A stretch of DNA of 63,525 bases, filler included, from Octopus bimaculoides (Eukaryota): the NCBI RefSeq assembly GCF_001194135.2. It is 5 parts of 4 records of this genome, joined end to end, with 100 filler letters (N's around TTAATTAATTAA, not from the genome) between each part and the next. Parts side by side here need not be neighbours in the genome. Positions count along the whole stretch, not along the records: positions 32,025 to 50,517 come from NC_068988.1; positions 50,618 to 58,563 come from NC_068992.1; 3 more parts are not named here. One strand, given 5' to 3'. How positions within the stretch are numbered: the first letter of the stretch is position 1; every line of letters starts with the position of its first letter. The notes beneath the pieces are model-generated. The model ran no database searches and was not told the DNA's origin. It worked only from the letters and a program-made list of their open reading frames with translations. The translations under genes and the position numbers were made by a program. This document shows positions 41,751-54,076 of this stretch, piece after piece.

Positions 41751-41928
41751 AAGGCGGAGAGCTGGCAGAATCGTTAGCATGAAGGGCGAAATGCTCAGCG
41801 GGATTTCGTCTGTCTTTACGTTCTGAGTTCAAATTCCGCCGAGGTCGACTTTGCTTTTCATCCTTTCGGAGTTGATTAAATAAATACCAGTTACGCACTG
41901 GAGTCGATATAATCGAATTAATCCCTTT
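41751..41928 (+). mobile_element. SINE family B, 3'-truncated at a SINE A insertion
   Basis: AAGGCGGAGAGCTGGCAGAATCG head, GAGTTCAAATTCCGCCGAGGTCGAC, core present; CpGs retained. Confidence 0.9.
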
Positions 41929-42645
41929 ATAGGCGCAGGAGTGGCTGTGTGGTAAGTAGCTTGCTTACCAACCACATGGTTGCGGGTTCATTCCCACTGC
42001 ATGGCACGTTGGGCAAGTGTCTTCTACTATTGCCTCGGGCCGACCAAAGCCTTGTGAGTGGATTTGGTAGACGGAAACTGAAAGAAGCCCGTCATATATA
42101 TNNNNNNNNNNNNNNNNNNNNNNNNNNNNNNNNNNNNNNNNNNNNNNNNNNNNNNNNNNNNNNNNNNNNNNNNNNNNNNNNNNNNNNNNNNNNNNNNNNN
42201 NNNNNNNNNNNNNNNNNNNNNNNNNNNNNNNNNNNNNNNNNNNNNNNNNNNNNNNNNNNNNNNNNNNNNNNNNNNNNNNNNNNNNNNNNNNNNNNNNNNN
42301 NNNNNNNNNNNNNNNNNNNNNNNNNNNNNNNNNNNNNNNNNNNNNNNNNNNNNNNNNNNNNNNNNNNNNNNNNNNNNNNNNNNNNNNNNNNNNNNNNNNN
42401 NNNNNNNNNNNNNNNNNNNNNNNNNNNNNNNNNNNNNNNNNNNNNNNNNNNNNNNNNNNNNNNNNNNNNNNNNNNNNNNNNNNNNNNNNNNNNNNNNNNN
42501 NNNNNNNNNNNNNNNNNNNNNNNNNNNNNNNNNNNNNNNNNNNNNNNNNNNNNNNNNNNNNNNNNNNNNNNNNNNNNNNNNNNNNNNNNNNNNNNNNNNN
42601 NNNNNNNNNNNNNNNNNNNNNNNNNNNNNNNNNNNNNNNNNNNNN

Positions 42646-42690
<45 letters not shown>

Positions 42691-42924
42691 ATGTGTGTAT
42701 GTGTGTGTATATGTTTGTGTGTCTGTGCTTGTTCCCCCCAACATCGCTTGACAACCGATGGTGGTGTGTTTACGTCCCCGTAACTTAGCGGTTCAGCAAA
42801 ACAGACCGATAGAATAAGTACTAGACATCCAAAGAATAGGTTCTGGGGTCGATTTTCTCGACTAAAAGGCGGTGATCCAGCATGGCCGCAGTCAAATGAC
42901 TGAAACAAGTAAAAGAGTAAAAGA
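41929..42924 (+). mobile_element. SINE family A (bipartite) full length
   Basis: Head at 41929-42095, (TA)n, gap, (TA)(TG)n, then 3' half at 42720-42924 ending TGACTGAAACAAGTAAAAGAGTAAAAGAG. Confidence 0.85.
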
Positions 42925-43864
42925 GAGAGAGAGTAATTCCTAATAATATTTAAAATGGCTATAGGGGTCCAGCAGAGTAAATTAAGGATCACAAGGGTTC
43001 ATACACAAAAAATTGTTGAGAAAAACTGGTTTGGTTGAACAAATCTACCTCAGCGCACATTTTTTTAACTTCGGTATTTATTCTATCGGTCGCTTTTGCC
43101 GAAACCGCAATGTTACATGGACGCAATCAAACCAATACCTGGTGTAAGTAAATATAACTCCTCGCCTTCCTATAGTAAGATTCACTCTGAACCGGATTCC
43201 CGATCCAATCCATACACCGAATTTTATCTGGTGTTAGGACATAGAGAGTTCAGTATGACCCTTTCTAAGGGCACAGTTAGAGGAAGGAGGGCCNNNNNNN
43301 NNNNNNNNNNNNNNNNNNNNNNNNNNNNNNNNNNNNNNNNNNNNNNNNNNNNNNNNNNNNNNNNNNNNNNNNNNNNNNNNNNNNNNNNNNNNNNNNNNNN
43401 NNNNNNNNNNNNNNNNNNNNNNNNNNNNNNNNNNNNNNNNNNNNNNNNNNNNNNNNNNNNNNNNNNNNNNNNNNNNNNNNNNNNNNNNNNNNNNNNNNNN
43501 NNNNNNNNNNNNNNNNNNNNNNNNNNNNNNNNNNNNNNNNNNNNNNNNNNNNNNNNNNNNNNNNNNNNNNNNNNCGCTCATCACCATCTTTTTATTTATT
43601 TGTTTCTTTGTTTACTTATTTTTCCGTTTGTGCGTCACCCTTTCAAGCAGCATTAAGGTGTGATTAATTTGAAGGAAATTCAACTGTTATTTCTAGCAAA
43701 TCGAGTGAGCACATAAAAGTCTACAGATTTGTTTTAAAAGCAGCTGACAGAAACCCGAGCAGGGTAATCTGCAGTCTTTGAAGATTTATTTCTCATCAAC
43801 AACAATACTTCGTTTCTCATAGCAACGGTTATATCATATTACTTTCGAAGACAAGAGAAAAACC

Positions 43865-43928
<64 letters not shown>

Positions 43929-44411
43929 CTGGTGTATATATATATGAGCAATAACATTCCTAGCCCCCATTCAAATAGCGCGTGTTGCTCGTCACTCTAT
44001 CGTATTCATTCTTCTCCATTTCTCGCTTCTTTGCCCACCCTTATTATCTACCCCTTGCTCCCCCTAACCCTTGCAGATAGATTTCAATAGTAACGTATCA
44101 CATACCGGGTAAGATTCAGTCCTGACGACAATAATGAGCAGCAAATTCTTTTACACAGTTGCACCAGCCACGAGAGGTCGCTCGCTTGCCACGTGCCATC
44201 GCCAGACACCGACAAATTATTCCTGTTATTTATATATACATGCACATATATGCATACCACACGCATATATATATATACATACATGCATTTGTATACATGT
44301 ATGTATGTATGTATGTATGTATGTATGTATGAATGTATGTACGTATGAATGTATGTATGTATGTATGCATGCATGTATGCGTGTGTGTATGCGTGTATGC
44401 GTGTGTGTGTA

Positions 44412-44443
<32 letters not shown>

Positions 44444-44451
44444 TGTGTGTG

Positions 44452-44619
44452 TTATTTGGACCAGCTTGATTCGGCTCTAAGTGACTTAAAGTTTCGCAGG
44501 GCTTTAACAGAAGCCCGTTTCTTTCGTACTAAAGTATCTAAAACCTGAAGAAACGGGCTTTTGATAGGGGCCTGCAAAACTTTAAGTCTCATTGAACCGA
44601 ATCAAACTGTTTTAAATAA
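44452..44619. mobile_element. Palindromic MITE-like element, about 70-bp imperfect arms
   Basis: The left arm TTATTTGGACCAGCTTGATTCGGCT..AAGCCCGTTTCTT is the reverse complement, with scattered mismatches, of the right arm AAGAAACGGGCTT..CCGAATCAAACTGTTTTAAATAA. Confidence 0.7.
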
Positions 44620-45310
44620 TACGTGTGACCCCTCCTAAAGGTGCTGAGTGCCCTTTTCTTTTGTTTGTCCACTTATTCATACATAAGTATATATGTGTGT
44701 ATGTATGTATGTATGTATGTATATGTGTGTGTGTATACACACACGTATGTATGTATATAAGAATGCATGCATGTATACGTGTGTGTATGTAAGTACGTAT
44801 GTTCTCTTCTCTTTTTGATTATATAAATTCTTCCTCTGAGGAATGAGCTTGTTTCTAGTAAAGATATAAAGCTCTATCGTTGGAATGTAGATAAAAACAA
44901 AACATAACAAAACAAACAATGTCACATTTCAAACTTCAGAAGCGTCTTGCATATTTTTACTGTTCCGCTTACAGATTATATTTGTAATGTGCAAGTTGGA
45001 CGGTTGATTCTTTTTTTTTTTTTTTTGAAAACTCAGGTTTATCCAGAGTGTCATTTATTCAATTAGTCACAAAAAACATGTGCACCAACTATTATTGGTA
45101 TAAATGTGAATTGACAATCTGCCTATAGATGCTGGAGGTTTCAAAGTAGTTGTGTATGTATGTATGTATGTATGTAGGTAGGTATGTATGTATGTATGTA
45201 TGTATGTATGTGTGGTATGTATATATGTGTGGTATGTACATGTGCAGGTATGTATAAATATGTATGTGAGTGTGTATGTATGCATATATATGTCTATATG
45301 TTTATATATG

Positions 45311-45380
<70 letters not shown>

Positions 45381-45784
45381 TATGTATGTCTGTGTATATA
45401 CACATATATATGTACACACAAGTCACGAGTATGTGCATGAATACAAAACAAGTTTAGAAAAAAATAGTACTTGAATACTAAAAGTAGAGCAATATGTTAT
45501 TGTTAAAGCCATGCTGCCGTTTGTCTAACAGTTGTAATCATACTAAATTAAAATTTTAATAGCAGCACTGGAATCTCCAAGATTGAGTGGTCTCAATGAT
45601 AATGGTGCGAAACCACGATGATGTTTTAGGTTCATTGACTGACGAAGAAAACTCAGCTGCGTATATTCCGTGTATCGTGTCTTTGTCTATATTTCCCGTC
45701 CGTTAAGTTTTCGTCTAGTTTCCCCGTTTACTCTAACTTTTACTCCTTGATATGTTCCGTATGTTCAACGTTCAACTCTTTCTT

Positions 45785-45815
<31 letters not shown>

Positions 45816-45831
45816 GTATATATATATATAC

Positions 45832-45882
<51 letters not shown>

Positions 45883-46656
45883 NNNNNNNNNNNNNNNNNN
45901 NNNNNNNNNNNNNNNNNNNNNNNNNNNNNNNNNNNNNNNNNNNNNNNNNNNNNNNNNNNNNNNNNNNNNNNNNNNNNNNNNNNNNNNNNNNNNNNNNNNN
46001 NNNNNNNNNNNNNNNNNNNNNNNNNNNNNNNNNNNNNNNNNNNNNNNNNNNNNNNNNNNNNNNNNNNNNNNNNNNNNNNNNNNNNNNNNNNNNNNNNNNN
46101 NNNNNNNNNNNNNNNNNNNNNNNNNNNNNNNNNNNNNNNNNNNNNNNNNNNNNNNNNNNNNNNNNNNNNNNNNNNNNNNNNNNNNNNNNNNNNNNNNNNN
46201 NNNNNNNNNNNNNNNNNNNNNNNNNNNNNNNNNNNNNNNNNNNNNNNNNNNNNNNNNNNNNNNNNNNNNNNNNNNNNNNNNNNNNNNNNNNNNNNNNNNN
46301 NNNNNNNNNNNNNNNNNNNNNNNNNNNNNNNNNNNNNNNNNNNNNNNNNNNNNNNNNNNNNNNNNNNNNNNNNNNNNNNNNNNNNNNNNNNNNNNNNNNN
46401 NNNNNNNNNNNNNNNNNNNNNNNNNNNNNNNNNNNNNNNNNNNNNNNNNNNNNNNNNNNNNNNNNNNNNNNNNNNNNNNNNNNNNNNNNNNNNNNNNNNN
46501 NNNNNNNNNNNNNNNNNNNNNNNNNNNNNNNNNNNNNNNNNNNNNNNNNNNNNNNNNNNNNNNNNNNNNNNNNNNNNNNNNNNNNNNNNNNNNNNNNNNN
46601 NNNNNNNNNNNNNNNNNNNNNNNNNNNNNNNNNNNNNNNNNNNNNNNNNNNNNNNN

Positions 46657-46691
<35 letters not shown>

Positions 46692-46990
46692 TTATATGTA
46701 CGCATATATATTTACTTACCTGTATGTATATAAATAATATTTATGAGTAAATGCGATGCGTTGCATTATTACTCCGTTCACAATAGCTCTTAGCTGTGGT
46801 AACATACACATGGCACCGAGTCGGGTAAAGTTTCCAAAGTATGTCTAGTAATTACTGCAAATATTTCAGCTTCTTACAAACAGCAATAATTCGCCTAGTC
46901 CCCACTTTTCTAATGTTCGTACATGTATATGTGTAAACACACACATACATACACTCACACACGCACGCATTCACAAACGCACACACATAT

Positions 46991-47027
<37 letters not shown>

Positions 47028-47998
47028 AACAATGATGTATGTGCTCTGGTACCAATTCACCGACAAATGTATTGACACAAATGTTTATGATAGCCTCTAC
47101 TTAAGATTCACGTGTGTGCGTGTGAGTACACACGTACGCTTGTATGTGTGTATGTGTGTGTGTGAACACTATAGACATTCTTCTTCTTCTTCTTCATGAT
47201 GATGATGATCTCCACCAGCACCACCAACAGCATCACCAGCACCAACAGCAGCAGCAGCAGCAGCAGCACCACCACCACCACCATCACCACCAAAACCACC
47301 ATCACCACCACCACAACCACCNNNNNNNNNNNNNNNNNNNNNNNNNNNNNNNNNNNNNNNNNNNNNNNNNNNNNNNNNNNNNNNNNNNNNNNNNNNNNNN
47401 NNNNNNNNNNNNNNNNNNNNNNNNNNNNNNNNNNNNNNNNNNNNNNNNNNNNNNNNNNNNNNNNNNNNNNNNNNNNNNNNNNNNNNNNNNNNNNNNNNNN
47501 NNNNNNNNNNNNNNNNNNNNNNNNNNNNNNNNNNNNNNNNNNNNNNNNNNNNNNNNNNNNNNNNNNNNNNNNNNNNNNNNNNNNNNNNNNNNNNNNNNCC
47601 ACCACGACCACCTCCACCAAGACCACCTCCACCACGACCACCTCCACCACGACCACCTCCACCACCACCACCGTCGTCGTCATCATTATCAGTATTATTA
47701 TCATTGTTCAACGTTTGCTGATTTCACGCAAATTTCTACAGCGTCACCTGTTGGGGCGCGCGCAACATTGTGTGTTATTTTTGTTGCTGTTGTTGTTGTG
47801 AGTGTGCAAACTCTTCCCGGTATTGTATTGCATCAGTTTCTCCTTTCTTTCTATTGTTTTTTGTTTTTGTATTTGAGGTGTGGTGCAGTCTTTTGTTGTA
47901 TTAGTGTTTGGTGTTGTGTGTTGTGTGTATAATGCGTTGGGTATGCAGCTTGCTGGTAATAGTTTATTTCAGTGAGTATTTGCTGTTGTTGTTGCTGC

Positions 47999-47999
<1 letters not shown>

Positions 48000-48065
<66 letters not shown>

Positions 48066-48385
48066 GTTATTATTATTATTATTATATGAAAACTCACAGC
48101 TAATTTTGCTGTGTATGATGAAAAATGTCAGCTGTTCGCAGCCCGCAGACTAAGGTGACATTTGTTTACTGGTCATGCTTCAAGAACCTTGCAAAGAATT
48201 CTTGCAATTCCAAGCAATGCTGATTTCTGTAGATGCTCCACCTTCACACTTACACCAATCTTTTTCAGCCATGTTGGTAGTTGAGTGCTGATACTTTCCA
48301 GGTGCGCCAATTACTATTAGTATCACGTCCACTCTCCTTATTGACCACAACCTTCGTATTTCTTCCTTCAGATCGTCATAGTTTT
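48000..48385 (-). mobile_element. R4/Dong-like LINE 3' end with (TAA)n tail
   Basis: Frameshifted translation resembling EKYDDLKE..RRLWSIRRVDVILIVIGAPGK..TQLPTWLKKIGVSVKVEHLQKSALLGIARILCKVLEA*, then a short UTR and (TAA)n. Confidence 0.8.
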
Positions 48386-48387
48386 TT

Positions 48388-48630
48388 CCTGGTGGAAAGG
48401 GTCAGGTTTGATAGCGTGTATGATGGCTGGGAGGAATACTATAAAAATCGCTGGGGTGATGACACAAGCCTGCATGATTCTAGAGCTAACGTCGAAGAAG
48501 ACTTAGACGTCCATTGGTCAGGTTAGTTACCATCATGCCATTGAAACCGTTATGAATGTGATAAAAGTAAGGAGTCAACCAAAGACACGAAGGATTTCCT
48601 TAAGAAGACACCGTCGAAAAGCCTGGGGAG
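48388..48630 (-). mobile_element. RTE-like reverse transcriptase fragment
   Basis: Frameshifted QAF..LKEILRVFG*LLTFITFIT..NGMMVTNLTNGRLS..FDVSSRIMQACVITPAIFIVFL matches the KAFD..LHDGM..NG..GVKQGCVIAP.LF region of RTE RTs. Confidence 0.6.
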
Positions 48631-48820
48631 AACTATAAAGAATATACAAATGGGTGGCTGTTATAAAGGACTATAAAGTATTTGCAGAAGTGGTATTTGC
48701 TATAAAGATTATATAGAAGAATAGGTGCTGTAAAAAACTATAAAGGTCATGCAGAGACGTAGCGCCTCCTATAAAGAAATATTATAATTCTGTAGAGGAG
48801 CTAGTGTGTATATACTCATA

Positions 48821-48857
<37 letters not shown>

Positions 48858-48914
48858 GCATCGGTACCATTTTCCTCTTTCTCCGTTCTTCCATTCTCCG
48901 AACTTTCCATCTTT

Positions 48915-48941
48915 CCGACGAAGGGCTACGCCCGAAACGTC
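48915..48941 (+). ncRNA. Degenerate minimal hammerhead core (Penelope pLTR-type)
   Basis: CCGACGA-A-GGGC-UAC-GCCC-GAAACGUC. Helix II is perfect and the triplet is GUC with a palindromic ACGU helix III, but there is a U4-to-C change and helix I is lost. Confidence 0.55.
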
Positions 48942-50517
48942 ATACACTCTCTCTTTCCTTCCTGAGCGTCCAATAATACTATCCATATCACGTCCTCACT
49001 TTGTTGTTTTTTTGTTTCTTTGTTATTGTTTTTTTTAACTATATATATATANNNNNNNNNNNNNNNNNNNNNNNNNNNNNNNNNNNNNNNNNNNNNNNNN
49101 NNNNNNNNNNNNNNNNNNNNNNNNNNNNNNNNNNNNNNNNNNNNNNNNNNNNNNNNNNNNNNNNNNNNNNNNNNNNNNNNNNNNNNNNNNNNNNNNNNNN
49201 NNNNNNNNNNNNNNNNNNNNNNNNNNNNNNNNNNNNNNNNNNNNNNNNNNNNNNNNNNNNNNNNNNNNNNNNNNNNNNNNNNNNNNNNNNNNNNNNNNNN
49301 NNNNNNNNNNNNNNNNNNNNNNNNNNNNNNNNNNNNNNNNNNNNNNNNNNNNNNNNNNNNNNNNNNNNNNNNNNNNNNNNNNNNNNNNNNNNNNNNNNNN
49401 NNNNNNNNNNNNNNNNNNNNNNNNNNNNNNNNNNNNNNNNNNNNNNNNNNNNNNNNNNNNNNNNNNNNNNNNNNNNNNNNNNNNNNNNNNNNNNNNNNNN
49501 NNNNNNNNNNNNNNNNNNNNNNNNNNNNNNNNNNNNNNNNNNNNNNNNNNNNNNNNNNNNNNNNNNNNNNNNNNNNNNNNNNNNNNNNNNNNNNNNNNNN
49601 NNNNNNNNNNNNNNNNNNNNNNNNNNNNNNNNNNNNNNNNNNNNNNNNNNNNNNNNNNNNNNNNNNNNNNNNNNNNNNNNNNNNNNNNNNNNNNNNNNNN
49701 NNNNNNNNNNNNNNNNNNNNNNNNNNNNNNNNNNNNNNNNNNNNNNNNNNNNNNNNNNNNNNNNNNNNNNNNNNNNNNNNNNNNNNNNNNNNNNNNNNNN
49801 NNNNNNNNNNNNNNNNNNNNNNNNNNNNNNNNNNNNNNNNNNNNNNNNNNNNNNNNNNNNNNNNNNNNNNNNNNNNNNNNNNNNNNNNNNNNNNNNNNNN
49901 NAACTTGTTTCCAACGGCTTGCCATATTTGCTACGTCCTTCAGCTACAAGCTCAGACCACATTCACGTTCTTCACGATTATTCTAATCCATTTTCTTCAG
50001 CATTATTTCTTCATCGACAAATGTAGAAATCATATATCAAAAGTTGTATGTTATCGAATATAAACGACATTGGGGTTTTATTATTTCTTTTTCCTTTCGA
50101 CCTTTCGATCTGTTACTGTTTTTCTAAGCACAGCTATTTTGTTGTCGTTTTTGAATCGCAAGTTGAAGGGGGAAAATGATGGATCGTCGGGTGGAATCGT
50201 TTGCATTTAAAGATCTAGTGTTGCATGTTTGTTACTTATGTCTATATCCACAGCGAAGAAAGAATATCTCTTCCGAGATAATGTCGTTTCAGTAATTTTT
50301 GTTGACGTCAAAAAGTCTTAGAAGGGCGATACAGCCGTGATAGTTGAAGGTAAACTTTCGGAGGTGACAATTGTGACATCTTCTATAACTGTTTCAAAAT
50401 GGCGGTACTGACGGTGTGTATGTTGGCACTCCGTCGCTTACGACGTCGAGGGTTCCAGTTGATCCGATCAACGGAACAGCCTGCTCGTGAAATTAACGTT
50501 CAAGTGGCTGAGCACTC

Positions 50518-50617
50518 NNNNNNNNNNNNNNNNNNNNNNNNNNNNNNNNNNNNNNNNNNNNTTAATTAATTAANNNNNNNNNNNNNNNNNNNNNNNNNNN
50601 NNNNNNNNNNNNNNNNN
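50518..50617. other. Synthetic scaffold-join spacer
   Basis: N44-TTAATTAATTAA-N44. Confidence 0.95.
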
Positions 50618-53052
50618 GGCGATGGTGCTCAGGTCCATCCTAGGGAAAGAGGAGAGGATAAGGAAGGCCACCAGTTTCTACATCGACGACATTTTGGTTG
50701 ACGAGACTGTAGTGCCAGCCACCGAGGTAGTGAGACACCTGGAGAGGTTCGGGCTGATTGCGAAGCCGCCTGAGTCGATGGTGGGGGGAGCTGCGCTGGG
50801 GCTGAAGCTACAAAAAGACAGATCGGGTGAGCTGGTGTTCCGGAGAGGAAACGAGATCCCAGAGCTGAGTTCCAGCCTCAGCAGGAGAGAGTTGTTCTCA
50901 GTTTGTGGGAAGTTGATTGGACACTATCCGATCGCTGGTTGGCTGCGCACTGCATGTAGTTACACCAAGAGATGAGCAGATGGAGAGTTGGAGTGACAAG
51001 GTGGGAGATGATGCGGGAAATCCTAGAAAGAACAAGAGCGGAAGACCCGGTCAGAGGAAACTGGTATGTGCCCAAGACGGAGTGCGGGACGGTTTGGTGT
51101 GATGCCAGCAGTATAGCGATAGGGGTTGTGTTGGAGATCGAGGGTGCTGAGGTGGAGGATGCGGCCTGGCTACGGAAAGCGGACGACTTCAACCACATCA
51201 ATGTCACTGAACTAGATGCGGTGTTGAAGGGGGTGAACTTGGCCCTGAGATGGGGGCTGTGGTNNNNNNNNNNNNNNNNNNNNNNNNNNNNNNNNNNNNN
51301 NNNNNNNNNNNNNNNNNNNNNNNNNNNNNNNNNNNNNNNNNNNNNNNNNNNNNNNNNNNNNNNNNNNNNNNNNNNNNNNNNNNNNNNNNNNNNNNNNNNN
51401 NNNNNNNNNNNNNNNNNNNNNNNNNNNNNNNNNNNNNNNNNNNNNNNNNNNNNNNNNNNNNNNNNNNNNNNNNNNNNNNNNNNNNNNNNNNNNNNNNNNN
51501 NNNNNNNNNNNNNNNNNNNNNNNNNNNNNNNNNNNNNNNNNNNNNNNNNNNNNNNNNNNNNNNNNNNNNNNNNNNNNNNNNNNNNNNNNNNNNNNNNNNN
51601 NNNNNNNNNNNNNNNNNNNNNNNNNNNNNNNNNNNNNNNNNNNNNNNNNNNNNNNNNNNNNNNNNNNNNNNNNNNNNNNNNNNNNNNNNNNNNNNNNNNN
51701 NNNNNNNNNNNNNNNNNNNNNNNNNNNNNNNNNNNNNNNNNNNNNNNNNNNNNNNNNNNNNNNNNNNNNNNNNNNNNNNNNNNNNNNNNNNNNNNNNNNN
51801 NNNNNNNNNNNNNNNNNNNNNNNNNNNNNNNNNNNNNNNNNNNNNNNNNNNNNNNNNNNNNNNNNNNNNNNNNNNNNNNNNNNNNNNNNNNNNNNNNNNN
51901 NNNNNNNNNNNNNNNNNNNNNNNNNNNNNNNNNNNNNNNNNNNNNNNNNNNNNNNNNNNNNNNNTGCTATGCACCACTTGGGGGTGGACAGGACCCTGTA
52001 TCTGGCGAAAATGATTGATGCTGACGTCACTAGGAGAAACGTCAAGAAAGTGGTCGCGAAATGTGACAGATGCCAGTCCATTGACCCCGCCCCAGGTGGG
52101 CATGAGCAAGGGAACCTCTCAGTAGAGCGCAACTGGAGGAGACTAGCTGTGGATGTGATGCACTACCGTCAGGGAATGTATCTCAGCATGGTCGACTGTG
52201 GGACAGGCCTGCTGGCCATTTGGAGAGAGCTGAGGACAGGCATTGCCGATGAGATTGCCCGCATTCTGAACGGGATATTCTTGGAGAGGGGTCCCGTGGA
52301 AGAACTGCTAATGGACAACGGGGTGGCGTTTCGTTCGGAAGTGTTGGGAGAGATGCTTGACTGGTGGAATGTGCGACGATTATTCAGAGCGGTGTATAGG
52401 CCGAGCGGCAACGGAATCGTTGAGAGGCACCATCGCACGAAAGGGGGCACATTTCGCCCCTGGAAGCCGTCTACTGGTACAACATGTCTCCCCGATCTGG
52501 ACAAGCGGAAGAGTCTGTGCCGCACAGAGCAGTGTTCAAATATGAATGGAGGCATCCCAGTAAGACGCCGGATNNNNNNNNNNNNNNNNNNNNNNNNNNN
52601 NNNNNNNNNNNNNNNNNNNNNNNNNNNNNNNNNNNNNNNNNNNNNNNNNNNNNNNNNNNNNNNNNNNNNNNNNNNNNNNNNNNNNNNNNNNNNNNNNNNN
52701 NNNNNNNNNNNNNNNNNNNNNNNNNNNNNNNNNNNNNNNNNNNNNNNNNNNNNNNNNNNNNNNNNNNNNNNNNNNNNNNNNNNNNNNNNNNNNCAGGGTG
52801 GCGTGTGGTATGACGTCAGTGACTGGGGAGGCTGACCGGAAGAGGAAAAAGAGCAGAGGGAGCCTCGATTGGGATTCATGCCTTTTTTCGAACGGGGTCG
52901 TGGTCAGGAGAGGACGCGCCAAGCAACGGTCTAGGTTTGGGAGAAGCAGCTGCTATTCCTAGTGTTCTTTGGGTCGGGGTAAGCTTCAAGGATTGGATAC
53001 CGCAAGACAGACTCGCAGTCGACGACAGGAAAACTGAGGTAAGGCGATTACA
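50618..53052 (+). mobile_element. Ty3/Gypsy-like LTR retrotransposon, decayed pol (RT-RNase H-integrase) and probable 3' LTR
   Basis: RT FYIDDILV (50622-50975), RNase H WCDASS..HINVTELDAV (to 51263), integrase H..CDRC with VD..MDNG-35-E (51969-52440). Frameshifts near 50975 and 52440. The GC-rich segment 52794-53052 ends in TTACA (putative LTR end). Confidence 0.88.
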
Positions 53053-54076
53053 TCTACTCGCACGCATACACCACAGACTATGCCAAGGTGATTCTTTTAA
53101 GGTTTACACTTAATTATATTGATGACTTCTTTGGCACTTATTTTATTGCTCACTGTCAAATGGCTACAATTTTAGAATATAGGCGTAAAGAGACATAAAC
53201 TTGACAGTTAATATCCTGTATCTATCACTTACTGGAAAATTACATTACCAATTCTACTGTCTGAAATTGCATTTACATTAATATCTTGATATTTGATTCA
53301 TAATTCTATTCTTGAGGCTATTTCTTGTTGCAAACATTGAATCAAAGTAGCACACCTTGCTTTAATGGACAATAGTATAATAACCTAGCCTGCTAGCACT
53401 AAGTGACTGATGAATTATCTTGTGGAAATTGAGTAATACAGTTAAAATAATAGAAACAAGTTTGTTCATTCATTTAACATGTTTTTTTTTTATATTCTAG
53501 CATGAGTTAGATAAGGAAATATTTGAGGCAAGAATTTATAGTTGAATGCTCATCCAGTTCCCAGGTTAAGGGACATTTATTTTCCTAAGGTTTTTTGAAA
53601 GTGCAGAGTGAATAGTTACAATGTGAACATCAGTACTGCTTGCTCACATGATGACAAGTGAAATGCTTATGCACACATACACATTGCGATGGTCTTACTA
53701 CAGTTTCCACCAATGAAATTCACTCAAAAGGCATCGGTTGGCCAAGGGAAAAAGCAGAAGCTGCTTGTTCAAGGTGTTGTATAGAAGAATGGAACCCCAA
53801 ACCATGTACTTATCAGATAAATTTCTTAAATACACTGCAATTCCTGCACCAAATATCAAGTTCACACACTAAGAATGAAACCCAGGCTGCTTGATAAAAT
53901 GGTGTGGATCCTGTTAAAGCATCTAATTTGAGGGAAAGGGAATGGCAGTCCCCTGCAGTGTAATCAGAAGAGTGGTCACCCAGCAAATGACAGATATGGA
54001 GTTCAAATGCCATGAGGGAGACTGTTGTTGACTTCTGTCTCAAATCAGAATTTAAAAATGTCAAATATTAAAACAG

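Larger units (their letters stand above)
41630..43029. mobile_element. hAT/Charlie-like MITE interrupted by SINE B and SINE A
   Basis: Left end CCGGGGTTCTCAACC, degenerate right end TGTTGAGAAAAACTGG, and GGGTCCA/GGGTTCATA subterminal motifs on both sides. Confidence 0.5.

Noticed and set aside
46812-46824. GGCACCGAGTCGG, identical to part of the SpCas9 tracrRNA tail
   Set aside because: A 13-nt match with no other scaffold sequence; no CRISPR array or cas gene anywhere in the window.
50395-50517. YY1-like CAAAATGGCGG next to a GC-rich block that looks like a repeat end
   Set aside because: Single short motif at a scaffold edge; the repeat identity rests on vague recollection only.
53053-54070. 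Searched for the next ZMYND15-like exon
   Set aside because: Candidate AG/GT segments contain stops or lack the expected motif.
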